Numbered from the whole stretch's first letter, positions 38,542 through 51,543 are shown. The stretch: DNA of 62,335 nt, filler included, from Choristocarpus tenellus KU-1152 (GCA_964200185.2; 9 parts of 9 records of this genome joined end to end with filler, not necessarily neighbours in it), one strand, 5' to 3'. A program made the numbers and translations. The notes: generated from the sequence alone by a model not told the origin.

Positions 38542-38807
38542 GGATCAAAGTATCTGGGGGGGGGGTGGCAGCTGTCCATTTGGGGTCAATTTTTGTATGT
38601 CACGATTTTTGGGTGATTTGGTTGCATACGTCGGATGGATAAAATGTAAGTGCACTTTTCCTGGTTATGGATCAAATGGACACCCTGGTGTAGACCCCCC
38701 CCCCCCCCAAGATACTTTGGGTCAAATGTCATAAAAGAACCCATCGGAAGCCAAGTCCCAAATGGACAAACAGGGCATAACTCGTACCCTCTAAGATACT
38801 TTCACTC
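38542..38807. mobile_element. Composite MITE: complete subfamily B copy (38542-38723) plus subfamily A right end
   Basis: GGATCAAAGTATCT-G-run...TGTCCATTT on the left; AAATGGACA...C-run-AAGATACTTTGGGTC as inner right end; then AAATGGAC...TACCCTCTAAGATACTTTCACTC as outer right end. Confidence 0.85.
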
Positions 38808-39125
38808 TACTATGCCAAAAGTCTCACTCAACACAACACCACACCCCGCCCCTCATCTTCCTCTATGCACCTGCCAGCATCCTACCATAGCTTTCCTGTC
38901 TCCTAGTTCTGGAACTAGTGTAGCCCATAATGCTTTAGCTCCCTTCTTCGCCTTCCTCTTCCCCCATGAACATTGGTATAGGTAGTGAGTACTAGTGGAG
39001 GGGCACTGACCCACTCCTTGGGCCCCCACCGAGACATAAATAACCAAGGCATACCATTGAGCATTATATTAACGACACAGAGCAAGGATATTCAGAACAA
39101 AACGACTGAAGAGCATCATACTAGG

Positions 39126-39217
39126 GACCCAAATTATCTGAGGGGAGGGGGGGAGGTCTACACCAGGGTGTCCATTTGATCCATAACCAGGAAAAGTGCA
39201 CTTACATTTTATCCATC
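39126..39217. mobile_element. Inverted partial MITE subfamily B copy at contig end
   Basis: Near-exact reverse complement of about 38634-38723. Confidence 0.85.
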
Positions 39218-39500
39218 NNNNNNNNNNNNNNNNNNNNNNNNNNNNNNNNNNNNNNNNNNNNTTAATTAATTAANNNNNNNNNNNNNNNNNNNNNNNNNNN
39301 NNNNNNNNNNNNNNNNNCCCCCCCCCCCCCCCCCCCTCCATTACCTTGATCTACACCCTCTACACCTGTGTCTTTCCTGTCTATCATTCCACTCCTGTTT
39401 CCACTCATCCCACGCCCACCTCTCTATCCTCGTCGCTCAGATCATCGTTACCTGACCTCTCCCTCTCCCTGGCGCTTTTAATGTTGCTCTCATGTGCCAG

Positions 39501-40406
39501 AACCCACGTTGCATTGAAGCTAACTGCACAAAACGTCCACGATATGGGGTGGAGGGAGAACGTGCTATGTACTGCGCCTCTCATAGGCGAGAGGGTTCTT
39601 CTGTCAACACCAAAACCAGGAAAATCTTGGACCCTAAGAGGCACATTAGGCCAGGATCAGCCCCAGCTTGGTCCCCAGCATTGAACAGGATATCACCTCA
39701 AGGACCAGCACCACCGCCATTAACATCGGTAGCAACCCTGGCGTCAGCCCTCTTTCCTACTCCAGAACAAGTCTCCAAAAAGTCCACAACCTTGTTGGGT
39801 GCCCCAGTCCCTCCACTGATGAGGGTTCCATGTGACTCGCTGACGCCTCAGGGGAAAGGTTCAATGCCATGCAAGTCAGGTTTGCCAAAGGTCCTTCAAC
39901 GGACTCGTTCGGCAACGGTTGCCAGCCATGTGTTAAAATCTGTCACCGTACAGGTTTGTGACGCAGGGTATCTTTTTTATTATGCCATTGCTTTCTTTTT
40001 GGTAACACTGTTCGAAATCGATGTGCTCCAAAGAGTTGTCTTCATTCAGGATCATGAGGGTTCTTGTCCATAAGAATACGATTCAGCTTTCCCCTCAACC
40101 TCCCTCCCATCCTTTACCCCTTCCTTTCCCGAACTTCGTCACACTCTCCCTTTTCATGGCACTCGACAGAGGGTGCATTCAGCTCCAGTCATGGACAACA
40201 GCAATTGCTTATCAGAGGGTGCGGTTTGCCCAAATGACTTCAATGATGTAGTTTCAAGGAATGATTCAATGGAACTTTCTGCCAAGACTAGATCTGAACT
40301 GGTCGGAGATCTTGACACTGAGGACCTGGAGGCTACCAAGATTCTTCTCTTATGGCGATCAGCAATAATCGTCCATCATGGTCATCAGGCGAACATTCGC
40401 ACCTAA
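39501..40406 (+). CDS. EsV-1-7 cysteine-rich repeat protein (partial, last two exons)
   Basis: Exon 39501-39953 begins NPRCIEANCTKRPRYGVEGERAMYCASHRREG, matching the EsV-1-7 pattern C-x4-C-x-K-R-P-x-Y-G-x6-7-Y-C-x2-H. It splices in phase 0 to terminal exon 40170-40406. Upstream exons are uncertain (candidate near 38027-38160, across a gap). Confidence 0.75.
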
Positions 40407-41499
40407 CATTCAAGTAGATGTCATAGGCAGAGTCAGCGCGAATTAGAGGTTAATGAGAAAGTCATTTGCTTCAAGTGAGCTTTGTTCTTCAAGAACGAGA
40501 AGTGTTCAGGAGATTTTGCAAGCTATATCTGTACTGCATTGTGTATGGAAGATATAGAGTTGGGATGCTAGTCAATACCCCGTACAAAGTATAAATTACT
40601 GGCCACATTGGACATGCGAGAGCATGTCTTCTTGGTCAGCACATGGTGCCAGGTAAAAAGATCTTTTTTACAGTGCAAATCTGCAGGGTAGAGGTTTGAA
40701 ACCAATTACCCCTATCCCCTCTCCGTACAAGAGCAACCTGGTAGTGTAAGAACCAAGGCAAGAAGTTCAGGAAGACAAAAGGAAAAGTGAGTTTCTTATA
40801 TTGGCAAGTAAGCTCATGGCATTTTTTACCCGCCACAGAGCCAACAAAACTGATTTGCAAAGGGATTGGGTGAGGGGAAACGAAGGAGAGGGCGCAATCT
40901 TTCATTTTGGTTCTTGGTTCAAGGCAAATCTTTCCCAGGTGAATAGGTTGTGGATATCTTTGTCAGGGGGAACAGGATAGCATTGCATTAGCATACTAAG
41001 TCATTTCTTTTCTCTTGTTGGACAAAAGGGGCAAGGTAGACAATGATATTGGACGAATTCCTCTTATCCATTGATGTTTGTGAATGATGGTGTACGTGTT
41101 TGTGTCCTCATCGTTTGGCTAAGTGATGCTTGTAGAAATCCTGAGTGGGAGTATAAGGTACTGGGAGGATAACTTTGTGTGGTATACATGCAAAATTGTG
41201 TGATCAGTGTAAATATTTACTTAGTGTCAGTTGATTTGGTGTGTGAACTTGTGTGTACCAACATACTATTATACATACATATTTTGGAAGATCAAGTAAC
41301 TCTTCAATAAAATAACTTATGTGTAATCAAGGTGATTGCTACACACCACTTTCGTGAATTTTTCACATCCATTCTTCTTCCCCTTATTATTGCGGATTTG
41401 TTCGGATGTGACTAATGCTACTGTGATGAGTGGACCTCTATAGTAGAAGAAACACATTAGTGGAATGCAAGTGATGAAATGTTAAAGCTGAAGTTTGAG

Positions 41500-42900
41500 G
41501 TTGGTAGTGAGTTTCATCGAAGGTTTCTTCACGATCCTGAAATAATGCCATATCCACCTCATGGTGAGCATTGATTCATTAATCACAATTCAATATCCGA
41601 CACCTGTGCAGAGATTTTGAGGTTGAATCTCCCAACAAAGTACCATTGAACCAAGAGCAGGAGCAACAGGTATGTGGATGAATACATGAATACAATATTT
41701 CCACACACACCCTCAGTGAAGGTTTGCTATAGATTGGTGCACATGGCACGCTGTAGCAATATAGTTTTGATCTTCCCTGATTAACCTGTGTTGGCCTAAT
41801 CTGCAGCACTGCACCATATTGTCTCCCGTGGGAAGGGATGATTGAAATATGATATCATAGTGGGAGTACAACATGTATGTCTTTTATCAATACGTGCTTA
41901 GAGTACCACATAACTGGAAGGTTCATTGTCGTAATAAACTTCGAAGTAGAACTTTAGTTCCAGTGTGAATATCTAGATGGGAAGCAGTCACATCAACATC
42001 CTCCAGGCGGAAGAGCAGTAATAATTTATCGCCTTTTACCAAAGGTATCCACATTTGGTGGGTCCATGTGATAAAATTACGTAAGTGAGCTGCTGACTGT
42101 TTTATTTCGGAAAGATCATGTAACCAGTGAAGGATGGTCAAACTACCATCACATGGCCATGCCCTCCACTTAGGAAATCGTGCATGCTACGCTGGTCCTG
42201 TGTTCCTCCTGGATTGAGCCATATTATCCTAGAAGAGAGGGGGGGCGACTCAGGACCTTATATGGGACCTTTTCATTATAATGGACGTAACATCTCCTCA
42301 CACCTTCATTCTCATGACCGAAAGGTGGCTAACCCCCATAAGGAGGTCGTGGCCGTAGAAGAGGAGACGATCTTTTGTTTATCCAGTCAAGCGCAAAATC
42401 AATCTCCAGAGTACTAGGAGCACACCTATCAGAAAGGCAGTCATGCAGGCTCCTTATGCTCAACTGCACCCCCCCTCAAAAATAGTATTAATAATTAACA
42501 AAGCTTAACAAAACAATCAGAAGCATGTTAAGATGAAAGTGCAACACACCGATTCACCAAAGAAAAAAACACTCCGAAGAATCATTGTGTACTGCGCTTC
42601 ATTTTAGTTGTAAGATTTAAGTGTGGTGGCCTTAACAACTTCTCGTTGTATGGAGCTTCCCAGCATTCTCTGGATATTCCAAGGGAATAACCGCAATCAA
42701 TTTAGGTTGGATATAGATAGTATGGCCACGAGGAAATTGAAGTAAGAGTAGCTTCAGTATATTCACATATGTAACGATGTCAGTGCAGTGTATAGTCATG
42801 CTGTAATATGTAATAGTTACGTAGTTTCGATATCTTCAAAAGTATCACAATATTAGTCCAGGCTAGCTACCGTAATGTGCATCTGGAGGAATCTACCCTT
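41500..42900 (-). mobile_element. Degenerate retrotransposon (Copia-like RT/RNase H) relic
   Basis: Broken frames weakly reminiscent of Copia RNase H; no intact ORF. Confidence 0.2.
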
Positions 42901-43738
42901 TTACACGGAGAAATTTTTTGTGATTGGACCGACTTTGTCAATGGAAAGGTTGCCACAGGCAGCTGCCGTGCTTTTTCTAAAGGATCCACTCATTATTCTC
43001 TACTAACTAAAACTCTTCTGTGGGAAAACTAATCAAAATAAGAGCGGTAGTAAGAAAGAGGATAAAAGAGAAGAAACAAATATATCTGAACTTCGTCACG
43101 GTTAGCAACCTGTGGATATAGTCTGTCACAAAAGAAAAATTATTTGCATGCTCTTGCTGAGGGCGTAGCAACCTCCAAATGAGGTATACTAACGGAATGT
43201 CATAGTGGTCCACGCAAGTATGCCATGCAAAGATCCTCTGCCCAAAAGGTTACACATATCCCCTCTTCCCTGACATATACACATGCATATCAGGGGGGAA
43301 AAAATGGGCTGTATGTATTGGGTGCATGTCGACTAACGTGGGATCCCTAATTCCTGTCACCTAGAGTTAGGAAGTCGGCGAGATTTCATTATTGTAATTG
43401 CTGGTAGTATATGTTACATAAAAACAGTTGTCAAGGGTTTCTTGCTTACACAATGACCCTGGACTGCCAACTAAAATTCTCCCCTTTCTTTTCCCTGAGA
43501 TACACCAACAGGATATACATTCGTTTCTCTTTCCCAGCAACGAACAGAGGATTTTCAAAATTGGGGATGCAGCGGGACTACGAGGATGGTTTTTTTGCGA
43601 AAAAAAAAAAAAAAAAGTACCCTGAGGTTTTTTTATGCNNNNNNNNNNNNNNNNNNNNNNNNNNNNNNNNNNNNNNNNNNNNTTAATTAATTAANNNNNN
43701 NNNNNNNNNNNNNNNNNNNNNNNNNNNNNNNNNNNNNN

Positions 43739-43871
43739 TTATGAAAAGGTTGGCCGGAACAAGGATATTGACACTTCCTAACAAACACGATAGCCAAAAT
43801 CACATCAAAATCGCAACATTGGATGTTGGCCCCCAAACGACACAGCCTTACCCTCTAAGATACTTTGGCTC
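43739..43871. mobile_element. MITE subfamily A end at contig start
   Basis: Reverse complement of the left part of 48190-48443; ends TACCCTCTAAGATACTTTGGCTC. Confidence 0.8.
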
Positions 43872-43996
43872 TCCACATTCACTACTGTTCATACAATATC
43901 CAGGTTTCGTTTTTCATTTCCTCTAAGCATTTCGCTAATTGTCACATGCAGCTTTGAAGAAAGACCTGGAACTCGATTCAACCATCATATCTCAAT

Positions 43997-44722
43997 CTAC
44001 CAGCACTGCACAATACCGTGACAAGGAGGATAAACCCTTACTCTCCCATTTGTTCGCATGTCAGGTGCAAGCGCTTGAGGGTCCTTTATTTGCCGGACCT
44101 GACTTGTCATCACTGAGACAAACTCCTCGAAGCTTAAAGTAAATTTCCCAGAAGGAGTCAGTCTCCGAAAGGTTTCCAGGATATCGCGCTCCATCGCGTC
44201 GCGACGAACGGGGTGGTCACACAGGCACACCAAGTCGATACCCTCCCTGTTGGTTACACAGAGACATATGCTCAAACTTAAGAAATATTACCCTGTCCTG
44301 GGAACAAATACTTACGGATCATTTCCAGTCAGACTCGATCTGCTACCCTTTTCTACATCTCCGTGCAGCTGAACTTGCCTGATATCTTCTAGATTAATCT
44401 GACCATCTCCGTCTTGGTCGAGCATTATAAACATCGCCTTAAGGCTAGCCTGTCTGCCAGGGCTGATCTGGACAAAGTAGAGGTAGACGTGGTAAGAATC
44501 TTTATCCAATGAACCAGGGGTTCATCTACAAATGGAGGTCTGAGAAGTTCGTTCCTACACAATAATACATATATCTCTTAATCATTTTATTGCTCAGGCG
44601 TTTGGAGCAAGTAGTGGTTTTGCACAGAGAGATACTCGGACTATACTTGAATTGTTTTGTGTAATATGTTCACCTTGTCGGCGACACGTTGATCATACGT
44701 TGTTTTTCGATTCCGGATCCAT
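43997..44722 (-). CDS. Small EF-hand (calmodulin/centrin-like) protein
   Basis: Exons MDPESKNN | ISPGRQASLKAMFIMLDQDGDGQINLEDIRQ... | ...ILETFRRLTPSGKFTLSFEEFVSVM. One near-canonical loop (DQDGDGQINLED) and one degenerate C-terminal EF-hand. The 3' end is uncertain. Confidence 0.7.
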
Positions 44723-45121
44723 TGCCGAGTTGTGAATCCCTCGACCGAAGACAAGTTCATAAGTAGTATAGCGTTAGTAGCTAAGGTGGACATTATGACC
44801 TGCTGTTCAGGGAAGAAGGGCTGAGCTGAACGGGATTTGATCTTGTGCTAACTTGAGTCTTTGTTATTGACGAATTCCCTCATATTACGACTCCCAACTC
44901 CAGTTTCCAATTCCACTCCTGATCCCTTTTCTGTAATATTTATCTAAACTTTTGTAGTACAACAATAATAGTAGGAGTAGGAGTATTATGTATTAATAGT
45001 ACGTCTCAATATCCTGTAACTGTCACTTGGTTCTCAATTTTTGTTGGTTCCTCAATTGACTATCACACGTTGGATACATACTCGGTTTTCCTAACGAGGA
45101 CTTCAAGAGCTAGACGGCACA

Positions 45122-46685
45122 ATGAGAATTATACGCCCAGACAAGTTGCGGGATCTGTGTAAGGAGCCTCTATGTGACGTGCAAACGCTGTACCTGGATA
45201 GGATGGGGATCGAGCATCTCCACGGACTCGAGGCTTGTCCTAGTCTCACCACCCTACACATTGCTAAGAATTCGCTCACTGCTCTGGAGGCGGGATGTTT
45301 TGAGGGATGTAGGGAGCTGTGGAGCATCGACGCTAGCAATAACCGTCTTGTGAGTTGCTAGCACTGGCTTCGAAGGGTATGTGCGAGGATAATATTCCAT
45401 GCCGAAGATACCATTCCTCTCCACTACTTCATTCCCCAACCCCACCTGTCTCACACTTTCCCTGGCCCTTCAAAGACACCAACAGCAGCCCATCGGAGGA
45501 ATTTCCAGATCTGCGGTAGCAATTCTACAACCTGCCATGCTATGTATCTTCGCTGTAATGCCTTCCCCATCACCCATCCTCCAACCACACCTTACCTCAA
45601 TATGTACCCCTCACTGATGGACACCCTGGGACTTGGCAGGAGTCCCTTCCAGGCATTGCCTCATTTGATGTTCTCGGCCACTTAGATCTTTCTGGAAATT
45701 GTATTCCTCTAGAAGCTCTTCAACCTCTCGTCTCTATACACATTTTGGAGCTGAGCATAGCTGGAAATCCTGCTGCGGAGGTAGCCAATCGCTCCACTAT
45801 TCTCCGTCTCCTTCCATACCTATGGGTTCTAGACGGCGAGTACGTAACAGCTGAGGAAAGGAGACGCGCCAATGGCCTTCTAACTGGCAATCTGCCCGAT
45901 CAAGGAGGGAACAACGATTCTTTATGCTTGCGAGGCGTTGAGGGGGGCGAAGATGGGAAGATGGCAGTTGAAAGTATTGAACGATGTGGCAATGGGCATC
46001 TGAAGGGTAGGCGACTGGCAGTGTTGTCAGAGACAACAAATGTCTCACAATATTCTTCCGAGTACCGTGGGATGAAAAGGCAGGGAAAGCGAGCCAAGGC
46101 ATTTTTCGAAGACATGCTTTGGCAATGTCCGTACAGGTGAAGTCATACTCAAAATATGTGTCCGTGTTGGCAAAAAATGGGTGAGATTTTTCAACTTGCC
46201 TAGATTGAATCCTGCCTCCCTAGTCAAGATGACTCGGCAACAACCCATGAAGGAGTACGACGATAAATCTATGCACAAGTGCTCTAAGACAAACATGCAT
46301 ATACGCACATGTGATATCCTCTTGTTCCGTGGCGATTCCCTCTCCAATTCAACCAAGATATGGAGCAGGGGAATTCACTCGTCTCCGATCTCTCCTTAAA
46401 CTCTATGGGGACAGAGCTCTTGCCCATAACAACAACGTTTGGCTTAGTTCATACACATGGTCGAGGGTAGCCCTGAGCGGAGCCTGGGTGCCCATGACGG
46501 CTCCTCTGCCTCTTCCTCACACTGTTGCTCTTAATGGCATGACCTTGGGGGCTAGGCTTGACCTTGCAGTACTACTGGCAGTTAGGGCTGCATTTCGTGA
46601 AAGGATTCCACAGCAGGTGGGCGTGAAGGCGCTTCATATGTTGCTCACTAGGAAAGAGAGACTACACAGCAGGGATCAATGGTGA
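45122..46685 (+). CDS. SDS22-type leucine-rich repeat protein with LRRcap (3' part lost at gap)
   Basis: LYLDRMGIEHLHGLEACPSLTTLHIAKNSLTAL...LWSIDASNNRL | ESLPGIASFDVLGHLDLSGNCI...LSIAGNP...RSTILRLLPYLWVLDGEYVTAEERRRA (LRRcap). Exons at about 45122-45349, 45640-46135 and 46359-46681. Confidence 0.85.
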
Positions 46686-46808
46686 CTGGCTTGAAGTATC
46701 TGGGGGGGNNNNNNNNNNNNNNNNNNNNNNNNNNNNNNNNNNNNNNNNNNNNTTAATTAATTAANNNNNNNNNNNNNNNNNNNNNNNNNNNNNNNNNNNN
46801 NNNNNNNN

Positions 46809-46869
46809 TGCAACATTGGATTTTGGCCCCCAAATGGACGCGGCTCTACCCTCTAAGATACTTTGGCTC
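46809..46869. mobile_element. MITE subfamily A end at contig start
   Basis: AAATGGACGCGGCTCTACCCTCTAAGATACTTTGGCTC is the reverse complement of the 48190 left end. Confidence 0.8.
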
Positions 46870-47009
46870 ATATATAGGCGTAAAAAAGTGTCCTGAAGGT
46901 TCATTTGAAGATCATACTCTTTATACTTGGTTTTGCAGAGGACAAGCTAGGAGAGTCAAACGAAAAATAGCATATTTGCTGTTTGTTATTGACTGGCTTA
47001 CCTCAATAA

Positions 47010-50000
47010 CCTGCAACAAAAATGGACTAAGGAAATGTCGCGCTAGGGGGTCATTTCTTGATGTTGCTGCCATGTGCAGGGCAGTAAGGAATCTACAGGA
47101 CACCACCATGCCACCTCTCCCTCCTACAGCACTGGTGATTGCTCCATCTTGCACAAGGCCTTGGAAAACCTGGTGAAGTATGATCCGGTACAACATGCAA
47201 GTCACTGATACTAAAGGTTTTCAACTGCTGGCCTTCAAATGAAAATTTTGCGCGGACAAAATACCTATGGCTTAGAAAAAAAATGTGAACAAAGTCTATA
47301 ACGGTTACAATACCGCTGATCAACCAGTGAGGGATGTAAGGGCAGCAGGTATGGTAAGCTGGATGTCTTTTCTGATCTCAATTGAGGTGAATGGACACGG
47401 AGACATGATTGTCAAAAGCCTGCTTTATTTCCTGTTGCTTCTAAATTTTATATTTGAAGTTGGAGTTATGTGTAGGATCGAAATTTCAACCCTATTCACT
47501 AACCCACAAAGCATTCATCCTCGATAGCAAAACCCCCCACAATGTCCCACAGGCAATGCAAGCAAACGCCCACAACGTGATAACCTCAAAGCATTATATT
47601 GTATTTGTATCTTCAATCTGAGAATAACCAAGGTGGTTTAACACTAAAAAATAAGGCTAAGGTAGTACAGTCCAATGTTCACAGCCCACCCGCTGGGCCT
47701 GGAAAATACCCCCCTGAAAGGATGAGGGGAAATGAGAGGGTAGCAGGAGAGAATTCCGGAAGGCCTGCTCCAGTGCTTTTGAACCCGAATATTTTGCCTC
47801 AGTCTCCCCACAACCACGATCAAGAGAACATAGGCGCAGTCCCTTTTGAACCTGCCCCAAGAGAAGGGACTCTGCATTTGAGCATCCCCAGGCTGCTGCT
47901 GATCGCATGGAGCACATCCTTCGTAGACTCTAGTGGTGGAGCAAGCAGACCAGATAAGCGACTGGATTGGGAAAGTCGTTTCGATATGAGTTTGATCTAC
48001 TGAGGTGTGGATGATACACATCAACAAGACCTTACTGACCCAATGTGCATTCATTGCCCCCCCCAACTTGTGATGTCCATGATTATTTGAGTACATCTTT
48101 CTGCGCTACTGGGCACATTTTCTCCAAGGGCGAGAACTGAGAATAGAGGGGGCGGTGTTGACATATTATGTAAGGTGAAACTTTGTTAGGAGTCAAAGTA
48201 TCTTAGAGGGTAGAGTCGCGTCCATTTGGGGGCCAAACCAATGTTGCGATATTAATGTAAATTTGGCTCTTGTGTTTGTTAGAAAGTGTTCATATCCTTG
48301 TTCCGAACACACCTTTTCATAACATACATATTCCACTTACTTAAAAACATTTCCGAGTAGGAAAATGTAATAAAAAAATCCGTGGAAAGCCAAGCCCCAA
48401 TGACAAACAGGGCAAATTCGTACCCTCTAAGATATTTTCACTCTAGTGCTCTTACTTGCCACCTCAATCCCCACGCTGCCATAAAAGCCTTCGCTGCAGC
48501 TGCTTGCTGTTCTTTATCCAATGGTTTGTCAAATTTCCTGGCTTCTACTCGCAGTGCAACCCTTCCCACTGCCCAGACCACTGTATGAGCACACCTCCTG
48601 TTGCTAATTTCTTCATTTCTTGGTCCGTCTCCAACCCTGTTTTCCCCATTGTCTTGATTCCCGCTGAGCACCTCAACATACAGAAATTCATTTGCCAGTC
48701 TAGCATCATGAAAGGCATTATTGCTGACTTCTCCACCCCGGTGGTGGCCTGCATTTTCATAGCCTCTCTGCCTCCCTAATGATGATGCCTGTTTCTCAAC
48801 ACCCACTTGACTGGAAATGTCTCGGTTGGGACTGTCATCTGCACGACAAAAAACCGAGAATTGACTGCCATGGAAGTGGGCAGTGAGTGCATTTTGTGGC
48901 CAAGCTGCCGCCCCAGAGGATATCATCTGAGCATCATTGGCAGCAGTAACGGTGTTGGGTGTATATGTGGGAGTGGAGTTGCGGCCAATCAATTGTGAAC
49001 ATGGTTTGCATTAGGGCACTAGCACGTTTGGACAACAAAAACACAGAGGTTCAATAACTCAAGAGTTGTGAAGTTGTGATCTAGCTTTTGAATATACAAG
49101 GGATTGGCAATGCAACAGTCTAGGAGAACAGCATTGCTGATGAAATAACCAGCCTAAATGAGTCTTCATTCATTTCCTGTTCACTTGGAAGGCCTAAGGA
49201 TATGACTGTTTCGATTGGTGCCCTTCATCATTATTGATTTTGTCACAGAGTCCCACAATTTGCATCAGACTCACAGGATTTATCCCGTCTTGATACCAAC
49301 ATCTCACACTATTTCTCAGAAGAAGGTTAACTAGTGCTTCCATCAGTCGACTTTTTTCGTTTTCAAAGATGGTTAATCCAACACATGCTATTTGCTCAAG
49401 TCAATTCCACCTCACCTGGGGTAGGTAAGCAAAAATTCGGATTCCCTTCTGTACCTATGCACCACTATCACATAAAATTTATGTTTCAACAACCCGGGAA
49501 GTTGTTGTATGCATTCATCTTCAACTTTCTTGAGCTTTCCTATGACTACTGTAAGTGTCTACAAATCTAACTTCTATGATCACCACGCCCATCATTTTCT
49601 CAAGTCCCCTTCTTTGACACAATCCTTTCATCCCTCGCCCCAAACATCATTTCCTCCCTTCCACACAGACTTACAGCCTGCTTGAGTGCTTCCAGGGTGG
49701 CAAATCCTGCAGGTGCCATGTATATCACCCTTCTGACAAGATGACGCTCCCTAAAAATTGCTCTCAGGCGGAGTGCCTGCACCATTGATTCCTCTGTCCC
49801 ATCCTGTAGACCTAAGCCTCCCTGAACCTCAAAGAAAGCAACATCCTGCAATAGAATGTAGCGCTTGTGAAAGCCGAAAGGGGCATGAATCCCCTCCACT
49901 ATCCCCGTCTCCATGAGATAAAAGAAGGCACGGGAGCAATGGCCACTGCCGCTATATCCATCTGTGGTGTTTGTGGCATGTATCATGCATGTGGTATCAT

Positions 50001-51543
50001 GTACACTGAGGTGTTTCAGATTTGTATTTGGAGTTTCCAATTCATGGTGTATGTGATATAGAAGATTTGCTCCCCATTTCTTTCCCTAGTCAAACAGTAT
50101 ACTCAGCATGAGTACTCAGTGGGCTGAGAGGAAAATGGGAGGGGTTGGTTTCAAGCAAGGAACAGTTACTATGTGGTTATGTGGGACAGAGCTTCATGGA
50201 GATGTTGTTTGCGCTTGTTCAAGTGCTTCAAATAGTGTTCCAAGCAGGCGTTCAAACTTGGTAGGCCTACGATAGATTTGGATCTACATGTAAGGATAAT
50301 ATCTAAGACGCAATAAACAGGTAGAAAATACTACTCCAACACAAATGATAGGTATTCCTGTGCCCATAGGAACACCTCATCTATCCCTCCTTAACATCCT
50401 CACCCATGGTACAAGCAATGAACTATTAGCATAGAATAAATCTACAGGTATATACACCAATAAAAAAAGTGCACAAGTATAGAGCAACAAGAACATAAAA
50501 AAATATTGATGATAGTGCTCCTAGCACTGATACCTTCCCACCTTCAAGTGTGGGATCCCCCATATCAATGGTACGAGCTGCAGAAACAGCTTCTGCATTG
50601 CACAAGATAGGACAGCTTGCCTGCTCTCCAGGGACCGTAACCACCTGAATGCCCAGCACAGTACATGGCCTCACATTACGCCTAGTTCTCACCCCAGCCC
50701 TGGAGATATTAAGTCCTCCCAAGCCCCCAGTTTCAGCACCGTCAGCATTGAACTCAGCAACACAACTAAAGGGTTTTCCCTCCTCTGTCCACTCCTCAGG
50801 GGTTTCCAAGTAGACCCCTGGCCACATCCGAAGATGGTATACCCCTGTAGAAGCTCCCACCATTCCTGTATTTGGAAATACTGTGGGGCTCCTAATAGTT
50901 AGGGCTGCAGGGAAATCCCTTGATTGGGGAGGAGCAAGTTTATGCGGATGGGAGCAGGGATCCCAAAGCCGTATTTTCCCATCAGCTGACCCTGAGACCA
51001 GAAGCATGGCCAGGGGTAAGTATCCTAAGGATGTAATAGCTGCCTCGTGCCCACTGAGCAGTCGTTTGCATGGCACAAGTCGAAAAATATCCCGTTGACC
51101 AGCAACCAGGGCACCGCCAGCACTAACAATGCTAGTGCCCTTGTTCCTCCCTCTCTGTTTTGCCTCTCCTCTCACTCTGCACCCAATGCCAGTAATTTCT
51201 GCAGCCTCTGCAGCAATTGCATCCCACACCACATGATAGAAGTGTTCTGTTTCCACCTTTTGCACTCCGTTGTGAACTAACTTTGCTTTTGCAGATTTGT
51301 GTATAGCATTCCTGGAGGACTTGGCTGCAGACGCAAGGGTGGTAGCCAGCGCGCGGAGGTCTTGAACACATACTTCTGAAGCATCAAGTGCCCCTTCGAC
51401 TGCTTCTGGTGAAGCAATGCTATAATCCTCAAGGGCAATGGCTTCTGCTGCTCTGTCCCTGATTAGTTCCATTGCAGAAAAAATCGATTCTTCATCTGGG
51501 GCCCCACTGTCCGAGCTTGCTGGCAGTCCACTGCCTAGGATTC
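47010..51543 (-). CDS. Large WD40-repeat-containing protein (partial, internal exons)
   Basis: 1-kb exon 50534-51543 contains a clear WD40 repeat (LSGHEAAITSLGYLPLAMLLVSGSADGKIRLWDP). Further candidate exons at about 49615-49950, 48456-48840 and 47010-47170; boundaries uncertain. Confidence 0.65.
48190..48443. mobile_element. Complete MITE, subfamily A (254 bp)
   Basis: 23-bp TIRs GAGTCAAAGTATCTTAGAGGGTA / TACCCTCTAAGATATTTTCACTC (2 mismatches); flanked by TAG on both sides (possible 3-bp TSD); no coding capacity. Confidence 0.88.

Noticed and set aside
39492-40073. Integrated phaeovirus / giant-virus segment
   Set aside because: Only a single EsV-1-7 repeat in a spliced gene; no intronless gene-dense block and no capsid, polymerase or integrase genes recognised.
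48438-48455. MITE terminus supplying the stop codon of the WD40 gene
   Set aside because: A good donor site (CAA|GTAAGA) precedes it, so the MITE is more likely intronic.
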